From: Candidatus Eiseniibacteriota bacterium
GTDB lineage: Bacteria > Joyebacterota > Joyebacteria > Joyebacterales > Joyebacteraceae
Reading direction: 5' to 3'
DNA length: 38,688 nucleotides
NCBI GenBank assembly: GCA_030638405.1
Contig: DAOWER010000026.1
Location: 1-38,688, forward strand
Every line of letters starts with the position of its first letter. Position 1 is the first letter of the stretch. A program made the position numbers and the translations under genes. Positions 38,084 through 38,688 of the stretch are shown one piece after another. A model generated the notes under the pieces. That model made no database searches. It was not told where the DNA came from and saw only the letters and a program-made list of their open reading frames with translations.

Positions 38084-38688
38084 TCAGAACACGTCGTTCT
38101 CGGACAAGCCGCGTTCCTCCGCTCGCAGCGCCATCCACTCCCTGAGGTTCCTCGGGGGTTCGTCGACCTCACCCTCCGGACGTCTCTCCATCACCATTGC
38201 CTCGACAGGGCAGGCCGACATGCAGACTCCACAGCCAACGCAGCGCGCGTAGTCGACCACGCACACGTCGCCGTCCTTCGACAGCGCGCCGAACTGGCAC
38301 CGTGTGATGCACGCGCCGCACCCGGTGCAGAGGTCTTCGTCGACGGACATTCTGAAGTCGGAGCGCGCGACCGCTGTCGGGACACCGAACTCAGCGACGC
38401 CCCTCATGATACTGCAGCAGCACGTGCAGCAGTTGCAGATGTAGTAGATCTGGTCGCGCTGATTCATGGTCGAATGCACCAGACCCTCGTCGGCCGCCCG
38501 CGAGAGTATCCGCTGTGCCTCGTCCCTGGAGATGGGTCTGGTCGCGTCGCTGTCGTCGAAGGCTCCCACCTGCGGCGACAGGATGAGGCAGTTCTCCACC
38601 GTGTGGTCGCACCCCTTGCCGACGAGTTTCTGCTGCACCCTGCAGATGCAGTCCCTGACGCCCCAGGACCGCGCCCCGTCCAGAAGCC
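38084..38688 (-). CDS. Cys-rich 4Fe-4S dicluster-domain protein, C-terminal part (ORF stays open to the window edge)
   Basis: Two ferredoxin motifs, CTGCGACITRC and CVGCGVCMSACP, preceded by an unusual YYICNCCTCCCSIM cluster. The frame remains open upstream of the ORF-track GTG (38638) through ...LLDGARSWGVRDCICRVQQK, so the N-terminus lies outside the window. Confidence 0.75.
   Translation of the reverse strand, partial: LLDGARSWGVRDCICRVQQKLVGKGCDHTVENCLILSPQVGAFDDSDATRPISRDEAQRILSRAADEGLVHSTMNQRDQIYYICNCCTCCCSIMRGVAEFGVPTAVARSDFRMSVDEDLCTGCGACITRCQFGALSKDGDVCVVDYARCVGCGVCMSACPVEAMVMERRPEGEVDEPPRNLREWMALRAEERGLSENDVF

Overview
Visibly GC-rich bacterial chromosomal window. 41 of the 44 CDS called are on the minus strand, with very short or overlapping junctions. 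The Kdo and Lpt genes point to a diderm, LPS-making organism; I cannot place it taxonomically from sequence alone.

Minus-strand transcription order (high to low coordinates):
- (a) A Cys-rich 4Fe-4S protein (runs off the window edge), a membrane protein, a cupin and a PaaI thioesterase.
- (b) glnS, behind a good sigma70-type promoter.
- (c) A heterogeneous accessory-looking stretch, about 34.8 to 26.2 kb: SAM methyltransferase, MTH1187/YkoF-like protein, glutaredoxin-like protein, ferredoxin:thioredoxin-reductase-like/rubredoxin fusion, small membrane protein, YihY/BrkB, an orphan His-Cys protein, a KNTase/MNT-type nucleotidyltransferase, secreted DUF1028, and a cytoplasmic PAS-PAS-GAF hybrid histidine kinase.
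- (d) rplU-rpmA, with its own promoter and terminator.
- (e) A roughly 23 kb near-gapless array: MBL hydrolase, kdsB, pyrG, kdsA, kdsC, kdsD, lptC, lptB, rpoN, lipoyl-domain protein, lipA, hpf, hprK, PTS-Man EIIA, EIIB, GH57, EIIC, EIID, ptsH, ptsI, PGI/PMI, sugar-1-P nucleotidyltransferase, metK, ahcY.

On the plus strand there is only the tail of lptF, lptG, and an EamA transporter.

I recognised no rRNA, tRNA, CRISPR array, transposase, integrase or phage gene.

Most noteworthy observations:
- An uncharacterised ~200-aa protein with an ordered SHG...SSCS His-Cys dyad (caspase/CHAT-like by pattern), coupled to yihY and followed by a nucleotidyltransferase.
- A GH57 alpha-glucan enzyme embedded inside a complete mannose-family PTS operon that sits in the rpoN-hpf-hprK regulatory cluster.
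- A stand-alone lipoyl-domain gene plus lipA wedged, with overlapping stop/start codons, between rpoN and hpf.
- An FTR-like/rubredoxin fusion with a glutaredoxin-like partner and a perfect 24-bp tandem repeat in its linker.
- A methyltransferase whose only plausible start codon is ATC.

All family assignments rest on motif recognition by eye. No database search was possible.
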